Assembly (NCBI GenBank): GCA_964016885.1
Contig: OZ024746.1
Coordinates: 71,610,001 to 71,674,000 of the forward strand
Reading direction: 5' to 3'
Length of the DNA stretch: 64,000 nt
DNA from: Eledone cirrhosa
Taxonomy: Eukaryota
Shown: positions 46,460 through 59,611 of the stretch, piece by piece
How positions within the stretch are numbered: position 1 is the stretch's first letter
Layout: each line of letters begins with the position of its first letter
Translations under genes and position numbers: made by a program
Notes under the pieces: generated by a model
Database searches by the model: none
The model's input: the letters and a program-made list of their open reading frames with translations, nothing else
Told to the model about the DNA's origin: nothing

Positions 46460-47038
46460 ACCACATATATTGGTGCATACACACACATATTTACACACAC
46501 AATGACATATATTGGTGCATACACACACACGTACACACACAATCACATATATTGGTGCATACACACACGCATATTTACACACACGACCACATATATTGGT
46601 GTACACACACGTACACACATAATTACATATATTGGTGCATACACACAATCACATAAATTGGTGTATACGCGCACACACGCACACGTACACGCGCAATCAC
46701 ATATTTTGCTACATACACACACACATAATATAACGCACAATCACATATATTGGTTCATACACACACGCACACGTACACACACAATCACATATATTGGTCC
46801 ATACACACACGCACACGTACACACACAATCACATATATTGATGTACACACACACACTCGCACATGCACGCACACATGCACACGTACACACAATCACATAT
46901 ATTGGTCCATACACACACGCACACGTACACGCACAATCACATATATTGGTGTACACACACACACTCGCACATGCACGCACACATGCACACGTACACACAC
47001 AATCAGATATATTGGTGTACACACACACACTCGCACAT

Positions 47039-47075
<37 letters not shown>

Positions 47076-47651
47076 TACACGCACATTCACATATATTGGT
47101 GCATACACACACGCACACGTACACACACAATCACATATATTGGTGTACACACACTCACTCGCACATGCACACACACACGCACATGTACACACACAATCAC
47201 ATATATTGGTGCATACACACACGCACACGTACACACACAATCACATATATTGGTTCATACACACACGCACACGTACACACACAATCACATATATTGGTGT
47301 ACACACACACACTCGCACATGCACACACACACGCACACGTACACACACAATCACATATATTGGTTCATACACACACGCACACGTACACACACAATCACAT
47401 ATATTGGTGTACACACACACACTCGCACATGCACACACACACGCACACGTACACACACAATCACATATATTGGTTCATACACACACGCACACGTACACAC
47501 ACAATCACATATATTGGTGTACACACACACACTCGCACATGCACACACACATGCACACGTACACACACAATCACATATATTGGTTCATACACACACGCAC
47601 ACGTACACACACAATGACATATATTGGTGTACACACACACACTCGCACATG

Positions 47652-47685
<34 letters not shown>

Positions 47686-47830
47686 TACACGCACAATCAC
47701 ATATATTGGTTCATACACACACGTACACGTACACACACAATCACATATATTGGTGTACACACACACACTCGCACATGCACACACACACGCACACGTACAC
47801 ACACAATCACATATATTGGTGCATACATAC
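46460..47830. repeat. CA-rich minisatellite with AATCACATATATTGGT core, ~110-bp higher-order dimer
   Basis: Direct reading; identical ORFs offset by 110 bp. Confidence 0.9.
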
Positions 47831-48019
47831 TCGCACACTCATGCAGATTAACACAGAAGATTTCAACTTATACAAGTAAATACACACAAAATCTTCCCGC
47901 CCAGCCTACACCGCTCCGCGAAAAACAAACTATGCATGCCTTTACAAAGCGTTGCAGGCTAAGTTGAACGATCAAATTTTGAAGTAGCCATTTTCTCGCC
48001 ACAGCGGCGACGACGGCAG

Positions 48020-48280
<261 letters not shown>

Positions 48281-48401
48281 TGATGACGAGAATAATGATG
48301 TGGATGATGATGATGATGGGGAAGAAGAAGACGTCATTTTGCTAAATGTTTCACTGCAGAAGAACATTGAAGCAAATCATGTGGGTGTGTGTGAATGTAT
48401 G

Positions 48402-48457
<56 letters not shown>

Positions 48458-48466
48458 CATATATAT

Positions 48467-48517
<51 letters not shown>

Positions 48518-48529
48518 CATACTTATATA

Positions 48530-48735
48530 TAGGAAAAAGTATGACCCTGACGGCAGAGCTCAAGCCGTTTCGACGGCTATTTCTGGACCAGTAATAGCCG
48601 TCCAGAAATAGCCGTCGAAACGGCTTGAGCTCTGCCGTCGGGGTCTTACTTTTTCCTATTTCCCACTCTACTACGCTAAGTATTGAGAACTCTGGTGTGT
48701 TATGGTCCATTTGGTTCCTTACCACAATTCCTTTG

Positions 48736-48738
<3 letters not shown>
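48530..48738. mobile_element. Family A fold-back element
   Basis: Homologous to 11155-11552; folds at HHR stem II GACGGCTATT..AATAGCCGTC. Confidence 0.85.
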
Positions 48739-48769
<31 letters not shown>

Positions 48770-48771
<2 letters not shown>

Positions 48772-48985
48772 AGAAGTTGTATTTAAATTGTTGGGATACA
48801 ACAAGCAAATATTTTTATAACTGATATAAAGCACTCAACAAATTATTGGAGTAAAAATACGATATATTAACAAATGGAAACTATATTTATAAAACCATAT
48901 TTATTTCATTATACATGAAATATGTATAATGAAATAAATATGGTTTTATAAATATAGTTTCCATTTGTTAATATATCGTATTTTA
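48770..48985. mobile_element. Family B element with fold-back at the HHR GAAA/stem III (arms ~48853-48915 / 48921-48984)
   Basis: ..CATTATACAT gaaat ATGTATAATG..; homologous to 11590-11855. Confidence 0.8.
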
Positions 48986-49079
48986 TTTTTTATTTTTTCA
49001 TTCGCACCGTTTCCTTTCGCTATATGTCTCTCCACCACTCCCCTACACACCCTTTGAACTCTGTTCCCACACACTTCCC

Positions 49080-49111
49080 ACCTGAGGAAGGGCTTATGCC
49101 CGAAACGTCGT
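49080..49111 (+). ncRNA. Minimal type-I hammerhead ribozyme (stem I eroded)
   Basis: AC-CTGAGGA-A-GGGC ttat GCCC-GAA-A cg T-C-GT; GUC site; AATAAA ~35 nt downstream as in pLTRs. Confidence 0.75.
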
Positions 49112-49247
49112 CCCCCACCAACACCCCACTCTCCAGAGCCTGAAATTAATAAACATTTGTTGTACTGCCTCTCTGTTTTGTCCCTGTTCAAATTTTTCCA
49201 TTATATATATATATATATTTCGTTTCTACATGACCCTCCCAAAGTAT

Positions 49248-49310
<63 letters not shown>

Positions 49311-49403
49311 GTTATGTAATAAACAACATAAGATAATTATTTCATTCACCAGTGGTTTCTTGCACTCCTTTTTCCTGTACCCTTCTGGCGGAATTACTTC
49401 ATT

Positions 49404-49441
<38 letters not shown>

Positions 49442-49475
49442 TATGTATCTATGTATATATATATATATATGTATA

Positions 49476-49822
49476 TATATTAATAAAAGGAATTCCAACT
49501 TTGTCTGATTTATTCGTTTTATTTAAAATTATCCTTTAAAATTATAATGATATTTTAATGAAATATTATATGTTAAATGTTAATTGAACAAGTACTTTCA
49601 TGCTTTCGCAATCTTCAGGTTCATATTCAGTGGTGAAAATTGCAAACAGAGTGTCACCACTGAATATGAACGTGAAGATTGCGAAAGCATGAAAGTACTT
49701 GTTCAATTAACATTTAACATAATATTCTACCATAATATTTCATTAAAATATCATTAGAATTTTAAAGGATTGTAAATAAAACGAGTAAATCAGACAAAGT
49801 TGGACTTCCTTTTATTAATATA
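49476..49822. mobile_element. Fold-back element, ~160-bp arms, HHR in each arm
   Basis: Arms 49476-49636 / 49654-49822, in (TA)n context. Confidence 0.9.
49585..49623 (-). ncRNA. Minimal type-I hammerhead ribozyme
   Basis: TGAAC-CTGAAGA-T-TGC gaaa GCA-T-GAA-AG ta CT-T-GTTCA; the plus-arm copy 49667-49705 has C3G. Confidence 0.85.
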
Positions 49823-49854
49823 ATCTTCTATACACAATCATACACACCCGTGTA

Positions 49855-49900
<46 letters not shown>

Positions 49901-49920
49901 TGTGTGTGTGTGTGTGTATG

Positions 49921-49958
<38 letters not shown>

Positions 49959-49975
49959 TATAAATATATATATAC

Positions 49976-50097
49976 AATATTAACAAAATGGAAACTATAT
50001 TTATAAAACCATATTTATTTCATTATACATATTTGTTGAGTGCTTTATATCAGTTATAAAAATATTTGGTTGTTGTATCCCAACAATTTAAATAGAA

Positions 50098-50104
<7 letters not shown>
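49976..50104 (-). mobile_element. Family B element with internal deletion removing the HHR 5' core
   Basis: Joins GCACTCAAC-AAAT-ATGTATAATG via AAAT microhomology relative to 11590-11855. Confidence 0.8.
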
Positions 50105-50148
<44 letters not shown>

Positions 50149-50853
50149 GCATATATATACATAGAAAGAAAGAGAGAGAAAGAGGGAGGGAGAAACATAA
50201 AGTACATAATACATACATACATACATACATACATACATACATACATACATACATACATACATACATTCATACAAATATAAATAAATATAAATATAGTATC
50301 AAAATTTGAAATAAATACCGATTTGTCCCCTAATCAATCCCTTTCGGGCAAACTCCACAATTTTCTTTACCGTTTCTATCTTATTCTTTTCTCTCTTACG
50401 GATTTGTTTTTACGTTTTATTTGTTATTTATTTTGGGTTTTTTTATTTATTTATTTATTTATTGTATGAAGATGGCGAATGGATCGAAATATAGGATGGT
50501 GGTATGATATTTTCAATATTTTGTTTGGTTGTTATAGAATATTTTTAATTTAAAATTATATAGGGGTTTATTTTTTACTTTAAGTGAGTGTTTGTTTTCA
50601 AAATTTATTATTTATTATTAATTTATTATTAATTTATTATTAATTATTTCAAGTTATTAGATATATTTTTCTCTTACTCACTCACACTATTTCTCTAAGT
50701 TTTCTACTTCTTCTCTCTATCTCCCTTACTCCTCCCTCCATTCTTTCTCTCGTAATTGTGCTAGCCATTATCACACACATACACACACACACACATACAT
50801 AAATACATACACATATGTATATCTAGAGAGAGAGATATGCATATATATATGTT

Positions 50854-50897
<44 letters not shown>

Positions 50898-51020
50898 GGA
50901 GGTGAGTTTTATTGTAGTACAATAAAGCAATGCAGATATCGGATAAGAAGCACTCTACAGTTTGTAGGACTGGAGTATACATAATATAAGATCAAAAGAT
51001 GGTTAAAGGAGTTCCATGTA

Positions 51021-51087
51021 TTTTATTATGCGCATTTCAAAAACAAACATCACCATGCAATAATATTTGTGTTTTCATCAGATAAAA
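51021..51087 (-). ncRNA. Type-I hammerhead ribozyme (left arm)
   Basis: Reverse complement of 51153-51218 with intact core. Confidence 0.85.
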
Positions 51088-51152
51088 CAGGAGAACATGA
51101 TATGAAGGCTAAAAAACAGAGTGTTTTTTAGCCTTCATATCATGTTCTCCTG

Positions 51153-51218
51153 TTTTATCTGATGAAAACACAAATATTATTGCAAATGATGTTTGTTTTT
51201 GAAATGCGCATAATAAAA
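51153..51218 (+). ncRNA. Type-I hammerhead ribozyme (right arm)
   Basis: TTTTAT-CTGATGA-aaaca CAAATATTAT tgcaa ATGATGTTTG ttttt-GAA-A TGCGCA T-A-ATAAAA; AUA site, palindromic stem III. Confidence 0.85.
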
Positions 51219-51250
51219 TACATGGAACTCCTTTAACCATCTTTTGATCT

Positions 51251-51286
<36 letters not shown>

Positions 51287-51514
51287 TTTTATCATTTATT
51301 TTGTTTTCACCTGTTTAGCTTGATTTTGTTTTTGGCTTGGGTGGTTAATGCTTTCGTGACCACCTTTTCAGTTTTGTATGGCTTCTTAACACACTGTTTA
51401 GCTCTGGTTTTTAACTATTGAGTACTTTGCCAGTATCATTTCTGATTTTTGCTTTTCGCTTCGCTTTTCCTGCCCGCCGGAAATGCGATTCTCGCTGAAT
51501 CTTTATTTGTATAT

Positions 51515-51678
<164 letters not shown>

Positions 51679-51692
51679 AATATAGAAATGGC

Positions 51693-51734
51693 TTCTATAG
51701 GACTAGAACTATTTCATTCGGGAGAAATCATCAT
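51693..51734 (-). ncRNA. 5'-truncated hammerhead, homolog of 31423-31475
   Basis: aTGATGA-T-TTC tccc GAA-T-GAA-ATAG ttctagtc CTAT-A-GAA. Confidence 0.65.
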
Positions 51735-51772
51735 ACTGAGGTTACCCCCCGACCCCGATTTAACCCAGCATA

Positions 51773-51832
<60 letters not shown>

Positions 51833-52060
51833 TATAAACATATATATATATATATATACTCTGTGGATATGTGCATGTGCGTTCGCATGAGTGTTCGTGT
51901 GTGTGCGTATTTATAATGAATTGTTCTTTATAAACCTTACCAAAAGTACGTAAGGGTCGTTTCGGATTGGGACACGAAACCGGATTGGCGAATCCATTTC
52001 ATTAAAATATACGGCGTCACATCACTTGCGCCAAACAATACTATCCTTACCAACACTATC

Positions 52061-52092
<32 letters not shown>

Positions 52093-52566
52093 CATCATCA
52101 TTATCGTTGTCGTCATCATCGTGGTCGCCGTTGTCGTGGTCAACATTAAGGTCTGATGGGCTAGTTAGTGACTACAATATCCTAACCTAACAAGAAAAAC
52201 AACAACAGCAACAACAACAACAACAACATCGACAACAAACTGGAGAATACGAAGAGCAAGTTCTACAACAACAATAACAACAACAGCGCATAAAACAGTG
52301 ATACCACCCGAGACGTTAACAGCATAGCACACAGAACTCAACAACTGTAGAAACACCAATTGTAACATCAGCTACAAGAACAGTAACAACACAATAACAA
52401 TAACAACAACAACGGGAACAGTAATGACAATAACACAGTGCTTCCCAACCTTTTCTGTAGCATACCCCACCCCAACATCTCGAAAATGGTCCCCCCCCCC
52501 CCCCCCAACACCACCTTTCATATGAAAACGGCGATCATCAACTGCAAAGTGTAAACAAATTGGTGT

Positions 52567-55500
52567 ATAGGTGGTGCCAGATACACAGTAACATGTGTGG
52601 AGGAGGTGAGACAGGAGTTTCTGACAGTAATGTGTACCATATAGGTGGTGCCAGATACACAGTAACATGTGTGGAGGAGATGAGACAGGAGTTTCTGACA
52701 GTAATGTGTACCATATAGGTGGTGCCAGATACACAGTAACATGTGTGGAGGAGATGAGACAGGAGTTTCTGACAGTAATGTGTACCATATAGGTGGTGCC
52801 AGATACACAGTAACATGTGTGGAGAAGGTGAGACAGGAGTTTCTGACAGTAATGTGTACCATATAGGTGGTGCAAGATACACAGTAACATGTGTGGAAGA
52901 GGTGAGACAGGAGTTTCTGACAGTAATGTGTACCATATAGGTGGTGCAAGGTACACAGTAACATGTGTGGAGAAGGTGAGACAGGAGTTTCTGACAGTAA
53001 TGTGTACCATATAGGTGGTGCCAGATACACAGTAACATGTGTGGAGGAGGTGAGACAGGAGTTTCTGACAGTAATGTGTACCATATAGGTGGTGCCAGAT
53101 ACACAGTAACATGTGTGGAGGAGATGAGACAGGAGTTTCTGACAGTAATGTGTACCATATAGGTGGTGCCAGATACACAGTAACATGTGTGGAGGAGGTG
53201 AGACAGGAGTTTCTGACAGTAATGTGTACCATATAGGTGGTGCCAGGTACACAGTAACATGTGTGGAGGTGGTGAGACAGGAGTTTCTGACAGTAATATG
53301 TACCATATAGGTGGTACCAGATACAGAGTAACATGTGTGGAGGAGGTGAGACAGGAGTCTCTGACAGTAAAGTGTACCATATAGGTGGTGCCAGATACAG
53401 AGTAACATGTGTGGAGGAGGTGAGACAGGAGTTTCTGACAGTAATGTGTACCATATAGGTGGTGCCAGATACACAGTAACATGTGTGGAGGAGGTGAGAC
53501 AGGAGTTTCTGACAGTAATGTGTACCATATAGGTGGTGCCAGATACACAGTAACATGTGTGGAGGAGGTGAGACAGGAGTTTCTGACAGTACTATGTACC
53601 ATATAGGTGGTGCCAGATACACAGGAACATGTGTGGAGAAGGTGAGACAGGAGTTTCTGACAGTAATGTGTACCATATAGGTGGTACCAGATACACAGTA
53701 ACATGTGTGGTGGAGGTGAGACAGGAGTTTCTGACAGTAATGTGTACCATATAGGTGGTGCCAGATACACAGTAACATGTGTAGAGGTGAGACAGGAGTT
53801 TCTGACAGTAATGTGTACCATATAGGTTGTGCCAGATACACAGTAACATGTGTGGTGGAGGTGAGACAGGAGTTTCTGACAGTAATGTGTACCATATAGG
53901 TGGTGCCAGATACACAATAACATGTGTGGAGGAGGTGAGACAGGAGTTTCTGACAGTAATGTGTACCATATAGGTGGTGCCAGATACACAATAACATGTG
54001 TGGTGGAGGTGAGACAGGAGTTTCTGACAGTAATGTGTACCATATAGGTGGTACCAGATACACAGTAACATGTGTGGAGGAGGTGAGACAGGAGTTTCTG
54101 ACAGTAAAGTGTACCATATAGGTGGTGCCAGATACACAGTAAGATGTGTGGAGGAGGTGAGACAGGAGTTTCTGACAGTAATGTGTACCATATGGGTGGT
54201 GCCAGATACACAGTAACATGTGTGGAGGAGGTGAGACAGGAGTTTCTGACAGTAATGTGTACCATATAGGTGGTGCCAGATACACAGTAACATGTGTGGA
54301 GGAGGTGAGACAGGAGTTTCTGACAGTAAAGTGTACCATATAGGTGGTGCCAGATACACAATAACACGTGGAAGAGGAGGTGAGACAGGAGTTTCTGACA
54401 GTAATGTGTACCATATTGGTGGTGCCAGATACACAGTAAGATGTGTGGAGGTGGTGAGACAGGAGTTTCTGACAGTAATGTGTACCATATAGGTGGTGCC
54501 AGATACACAGTAACATGTGTGGAGGAGGTGAGACAGGAGTTTCTGACAGTAATGTGTACCATATTGGTGGTGCCAGATACACAATAACATGTGTGGAGGA
54601 GGTGAGACAGGAGTTTCTGACAGTAATGTGTACCATATTGGTGGTACCAGATACACAATAACATGTGTGGTGGAGGTGAGACAGGAGTTTCTGACAGTAA
54701 TGTGTACCATATAGGTGGTACCAGATACACAATAACATGTGTGGAGGAGGTGAGACAGGAGTTTCTGACAGTAATGTGTACCATATTGGTGGTACCAGAT
54801 ACACAATAACATGTGTGGTGGAGGTGAGACAGGAGTTTCTGACAGTAATGTGTACCATATAGGTGGTACCAGATACACAATAACATGTGTGGAGGAGGTG
54901 AGACAGGAGTTTCTGACAGTAATGTGTACCATATTGGTGGTACCAGATACACAATAACATGTGTGGTGGAGGTGAGACAGGAGTTTCTGACAGTAATGTG
55001 TACCATATAGGTGGTGCCAGATACACAATAACATGTGTGGAGGAGGTGAGACAGGAGTTTCTGACAGTAATGTGTACCATATTGGTGGTACCAGATACAC
55101 AATAACATGTGTGGTGGAGGTGAGACAGGAGTTTCTGACAGTAATGTGTACCATATAGGTGGTACCAGATACACAGTAACATGTGTGGAGGAGGTGAGAC
55201 AGGAGTTTCTGACAGTAATGTGTACCATATGGGTGGTGCCAGATACACAGTAACATGTGTGGAGGAGGTGAGACAGGAGTTTCTGACAGTAATGTGTACC
55301 ATATAGGTGGTGCCAGATACACAGTAACATGTGTGGTGGAGGTGAGACAGGAGTTTCTGACAGTAATGTGTACCATATAGGTGGTGCCAGATACACAGTA
55401 ACATGTGTGGAGGAGGTGAGACAGGATTTTCTGACAGTAAAGTGTACCATATAGGTGGTACCAGATACACAGTAACATGTGTGGAGAAGGTGAGACAGCA

Positions 55501-57884
55501 GTTTCTGACAGTAATGTGTACCATATAGGTGGTGCCAGATACACAGTAACATGTGTGGAGAAGGTGAGACAGCAGTTTCTGACAGTAATATGTACCATAT
55601 AGGTGGTGCCAGATACACAGTAACATGTGTGGAGGAGGTGAGACAGCAGTTTCTGACAGTACTATGTACCATATAGGTGGTGCCAGATACACAGTAACAT
55701 GTGTGGAGGAGGTGAGACAGGAGTTTCTGACAGTACTATGTACCATATAGGTGGTGCCAGATACACAGTAACATGTGTGGAGGTGGTGAGACAGGAGTTT
55801 CTGACAGTAATGTGTACCATATAGGTGGTGCCAGATACACAGTAACATGTGTGGAGGTGGTGAGACAGGAGTTTCTGACAGTAATGTGTACCATATGGGT
55901 GGTGCCAGATACACAGTAACATGTGTGGAGGTGGTGAGACAGGAGTTTCTGACAGTATTGTGTACCATATAGGTGGTGCCAGATACACAGTAACATGTGT
56001 GGAGGAGGTGAGACAGGAGTTTCTGACAGTAATGTGTACCATATAGGTGGTGCCAGGTACACAGTAACATGTGTGGAGGTGGTGAGACAGGAGTTTCTGA
56101 CAGTAATGTGTACCATATAGGTGGTGCCAGATACACAGTAACATGTGTGGAGGTGGTGAGACAGGAGTTTCTGACAGTAATGTGTACCATATAGGTGGTG
56201 CCAGATACACAGTAACATGTGTGGAGGAGGTGAGACAGGAGTTTCTGACAGTAATGTGTACCATATAGGTGGTGCCAGATACACAGTAACATGTGTGGAG
56301 GTGGTGAGACAGGAGTTTCTGACAGTAATGTGTACCATATAGGTGGTGTCAGATACACAGTAACATGTGTGGAGGAGGTGAGACAGGAGTTTCTGACAGT
56401 AATGTGTACCATATAGGTGGTACCAGATACACAGTAACATGTGTGGAGGAGGTGAGACAGGAGTTTCTGACAATAATGTGTACCATATAGGTGGTACCAG
56501 ATACACAGTAACATGTGTGGAGGAGGTGAGACAGGAGTTTCTCACAGTAATGTGTACCATATAGGTGGTACCAGATACACAGTAACATGTGTGGAGGAGG
56601 TGAGACAGGAGTTTCTGACAGTAATGTGTACCATATAGGTGGTACCAGATACAGAGTAACATGTGTGGAGGTGGTGAGACTGGAGTTTCTGACAGTAATG
56701 TGTACCATATAGGTGGTGCCAGATACACAGTAACATGTGTGGAGGTGGTGAGACAGGAGTTTCTGACAGTAATGTGTACCATATAGGTGGTGCCAGGTAC
56801 ACAGTAACATGTGTGGAGGTGGTGAGACAGGAGTTTCTGACAGTAATGTGTACCATATAGGTGGTGCCAGGTACACAGTAACATGTGTGGAGGTGGTGAG
56901 ACAGGAGTTTCTGACAGTAATGTGTACCATATAGGTGGTGCCAGATACACAGTAACATGTGTAGAGGAGGTGAGACAGGAGTTTCTGACAGTAATGTGTA
57001 CCATATAGGTGGTGCCAGATACACAGTAACATGTGTAGAGGAGGTGAGACAGGAGTTTCTGACAGTAATGTGTACCATATAGGTGGTGCCAGATACACAG
57101 TAACATGTGTAGAGGAGGTGAGACAGGAGTTTCTGACAGTAATGTGTACCATATAGGTGGTGCCAGATACACAGTAACATGTGTGGAGGAGGTGAGACAG
57201 GAGTTTCTGACAGTAATGTGTACCATATAGGTGGTGCCAGATACACAGTAACATGTGTGGAGGAGGTGAGACAGGAGTTTCTGACAGTAATGTGTACCAT
57301 ATTGGTGGTGCCAGGTACACAGTAACATGTGTGGAGGAGGTGAGACAGGAGTTTCTGACAGTAATGTGTACCATATTGGTGGTGCCAGATACACAGTAAC
57401 ATGTGTGGAGGTGGTGAGACAGGAGTTTCTGACAGTAATGTGTACCATATAGGTGGTGCCAGATACACAGTAACATGTGTGGAGGTGGTGAGACAGGAGT
57501 TTCTGACAGTAATGTGTACCATATAGGTGGTACCAGATACACAATAACATGTGTGGAGGAGGTGAGACAGGAGTTTCTGACAGTAATGTGTACCATATAG
57601 GTGGTGCCAGATACACAGTAACATGTGTGGATGAGGTGAGACAGGAGTCTCTGACAGTAATGTGTACCATATGGGTGGTACCAGATACACAGTAACATGT
57701 GTGGAGCTGGTGAGACAGGAGTTTCTGACAGTAATGTGTACCATATAGGTGGTGCCAGATACACAATAACATGTGTGGAGGAGGTGAGACAGGAGTTTCT
57801 GACAGTAATGTGTACCATATAGGTGGTGCCAGATACACAGTTACATGTGTGGAGGAGATGAGACAGGAGTTTCTGACAGTAATG
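52567..57884. repeat. 74-bp tandem satellite, ~72 copies
   Basis: Unit ATAGGTGGTGCCAGATACACAGTAACATGTGTGGAGGAGGTGAGACAGGAGTTTCTGACAGTAATGTGTACCAT, highly homogeneous. Confidence 0.98.
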
Positions 57885-58043
57885 ATCACCTGAGTTGCTT
57901 TGGTTTAAATATAAATAAGGGAAAACCAGAAGTTTGTTCTCATTAACATCATTTTCAAATTGCCTCCCTTAAATATTAAAATTGCCCTTCTGTGGGTCGG
58001 GGGAGGGGGGCATGTTGGGAATTACTGCAGTAACATTTATCAT

Positions 58044-58261
58044 AATTATTTCTACTTTAGGCACAAGACCAGCTATTTTGGGGGAAGGGAATGTCGATTA
58101 AATCGACACCAATATATTACTAATACTTTATTTTATCGACCCCGTAAAGTTGAAAGGCAATATTTGAACTCAGCGGGATTTGAACTCAGAATGTTAAGTG
58201 CCGCAACTCTATGCTGCAAAGCATATTGGCCGACGCTCTACCGATTCTGCCAATCCACCGC
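58044..58261 (-). mobile_element. S1 SINE (long-tail variant)
   Basis: Match to S1 incl. the TTTTGGGGGA..TCG.TTAAAT segment. Confidence 0.85.
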
Positions 58262-58736
58262 ATCTATCATAATAATCACAACAAATGTAAACAACAATAA
58301 CAACAATACCAACCTTAACATCACCAACAACGGCACCAACCACAACAACTATAATACCAACAAGAACAACAAAAGTAGCAAAAAAACAGCAACAAAAGCG
58401 GCAACTATGGCAACAGTAACAACAACAGTAACAACAGCAACAACCAGAACAACAAAAACAGTAAGAACAACAACAACAGTAGCAATCACGGCAACAATAT
58501 CAGTAACAACAACAACATATAGCTTCTACTTTCAACCAAAATAAAACAAGAGAGCTGGATAGATTTTAGTAGACCGAAACATATGCATACACAACTAATA
58601 GCTTCCGCTACCAATACTGCAAGACGCAGGCGCAATATAAGCCTTCCACCGGAAGCTGTGCATTATAGCCGCTATAGATTTTTTTACGTTTCTCTGCTTC
58701 TTATTTCCTTTTTCCTTTTTTTTGTTATTTTTTTTG

Positions 58737-58812
<76 letters not shown>

Positions 58813-59261
58813 CTTTTATTAATTTATTTTTTCGTCGGTGCAAGCAGGATGCGAGTTCAAACACGAAACCATGCACATCATAGTCCTGTTGAAAAGCATA
58901 ACCTGTGTGTATTACAATGAAATGTGAAACTGGTTGTTTTTTATGTTGTTTTTGTGTTGTTTTCATATTGTTTCAATATTGTTTTTTACGTTGTTCATTT
59001 TTGTTGTTTTTGATCTGATGTTCGTCTAATGTCGTTTTTTTTTTATATTAGAATATCTATATTATTTCTGTTGTATTCACTCTTCGTTTTTGTTCTTTTA
59101 TTCTTACTTATATATTTCGGTATATTTTATTAGATTGATTTCTGTAGTCATATATATGCCACACAACACACCCACATATACATACACGCACATATACAGA
59201 GATATATACACATACATACATATAAGTACACGTACAAACACATATATCTATATCTATCTAC

Positions 59262-59293
<32 letters not shown>

Positions 59294-59424
59294 ATATATA
59301 TATATACAACTTTAGCCTCTTTGTGAAGTGTAAACAAAATGATTACAGTACACGTTTTATTTCTCAGTAATCAGAAATAAAATGGAAGCGATGTGACCGG
59401 TTTTTCGTCTTCATAGACTTTCAT

Positions 59425-59611
59425 TAATTGTTTCTACTTTAGGCACAAGGCCAGAAATTACCCAGTGCGTTACTGGTACTTTATTTCATCGACCCCGTAA
59501 GGATGAAAGGCAAAGTCAACCTCGGCGGGATTTGAACTCAGATCGTAAAGGGACGTAACTATGCTGGAAAGCATGGCGTCCGACCCTCTACCGATACTGC
59601 CAATCCACCGC
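59425..59611 (-). mobile_element. S1 SINE
   Basis: Full match to S1 consensus. Confidence 0.92.

Larger units (their letters stand above)
50981..51258. mobile_element. Fold-back element, ~137-bp arms with 5-nt loop, intact HHR in both arms
   Basis: Arms 50981-51117 / 51123-51258 near-identical. Confidence 0.92.

Noticed and set aside
47972-48010. WRENGYFKI resembling the papain-family WGENGYFRI motif
   Set aside because: Nine residues only, no upstream NSWG, immediately followed by a stop and preceded by (TTC)n
52583-52600. RSS-like heptamer CACAGTA in the satellite
   Set aside because: No nonamer at 12/23 spacing; imperfect heptamer
52372-57889. Very long ORFs (up to 1380 aa) as protein-coding genes
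   Set aside because: Pure translation of a 74-bp satellite in rotating frames; no domain, start context or frame preference
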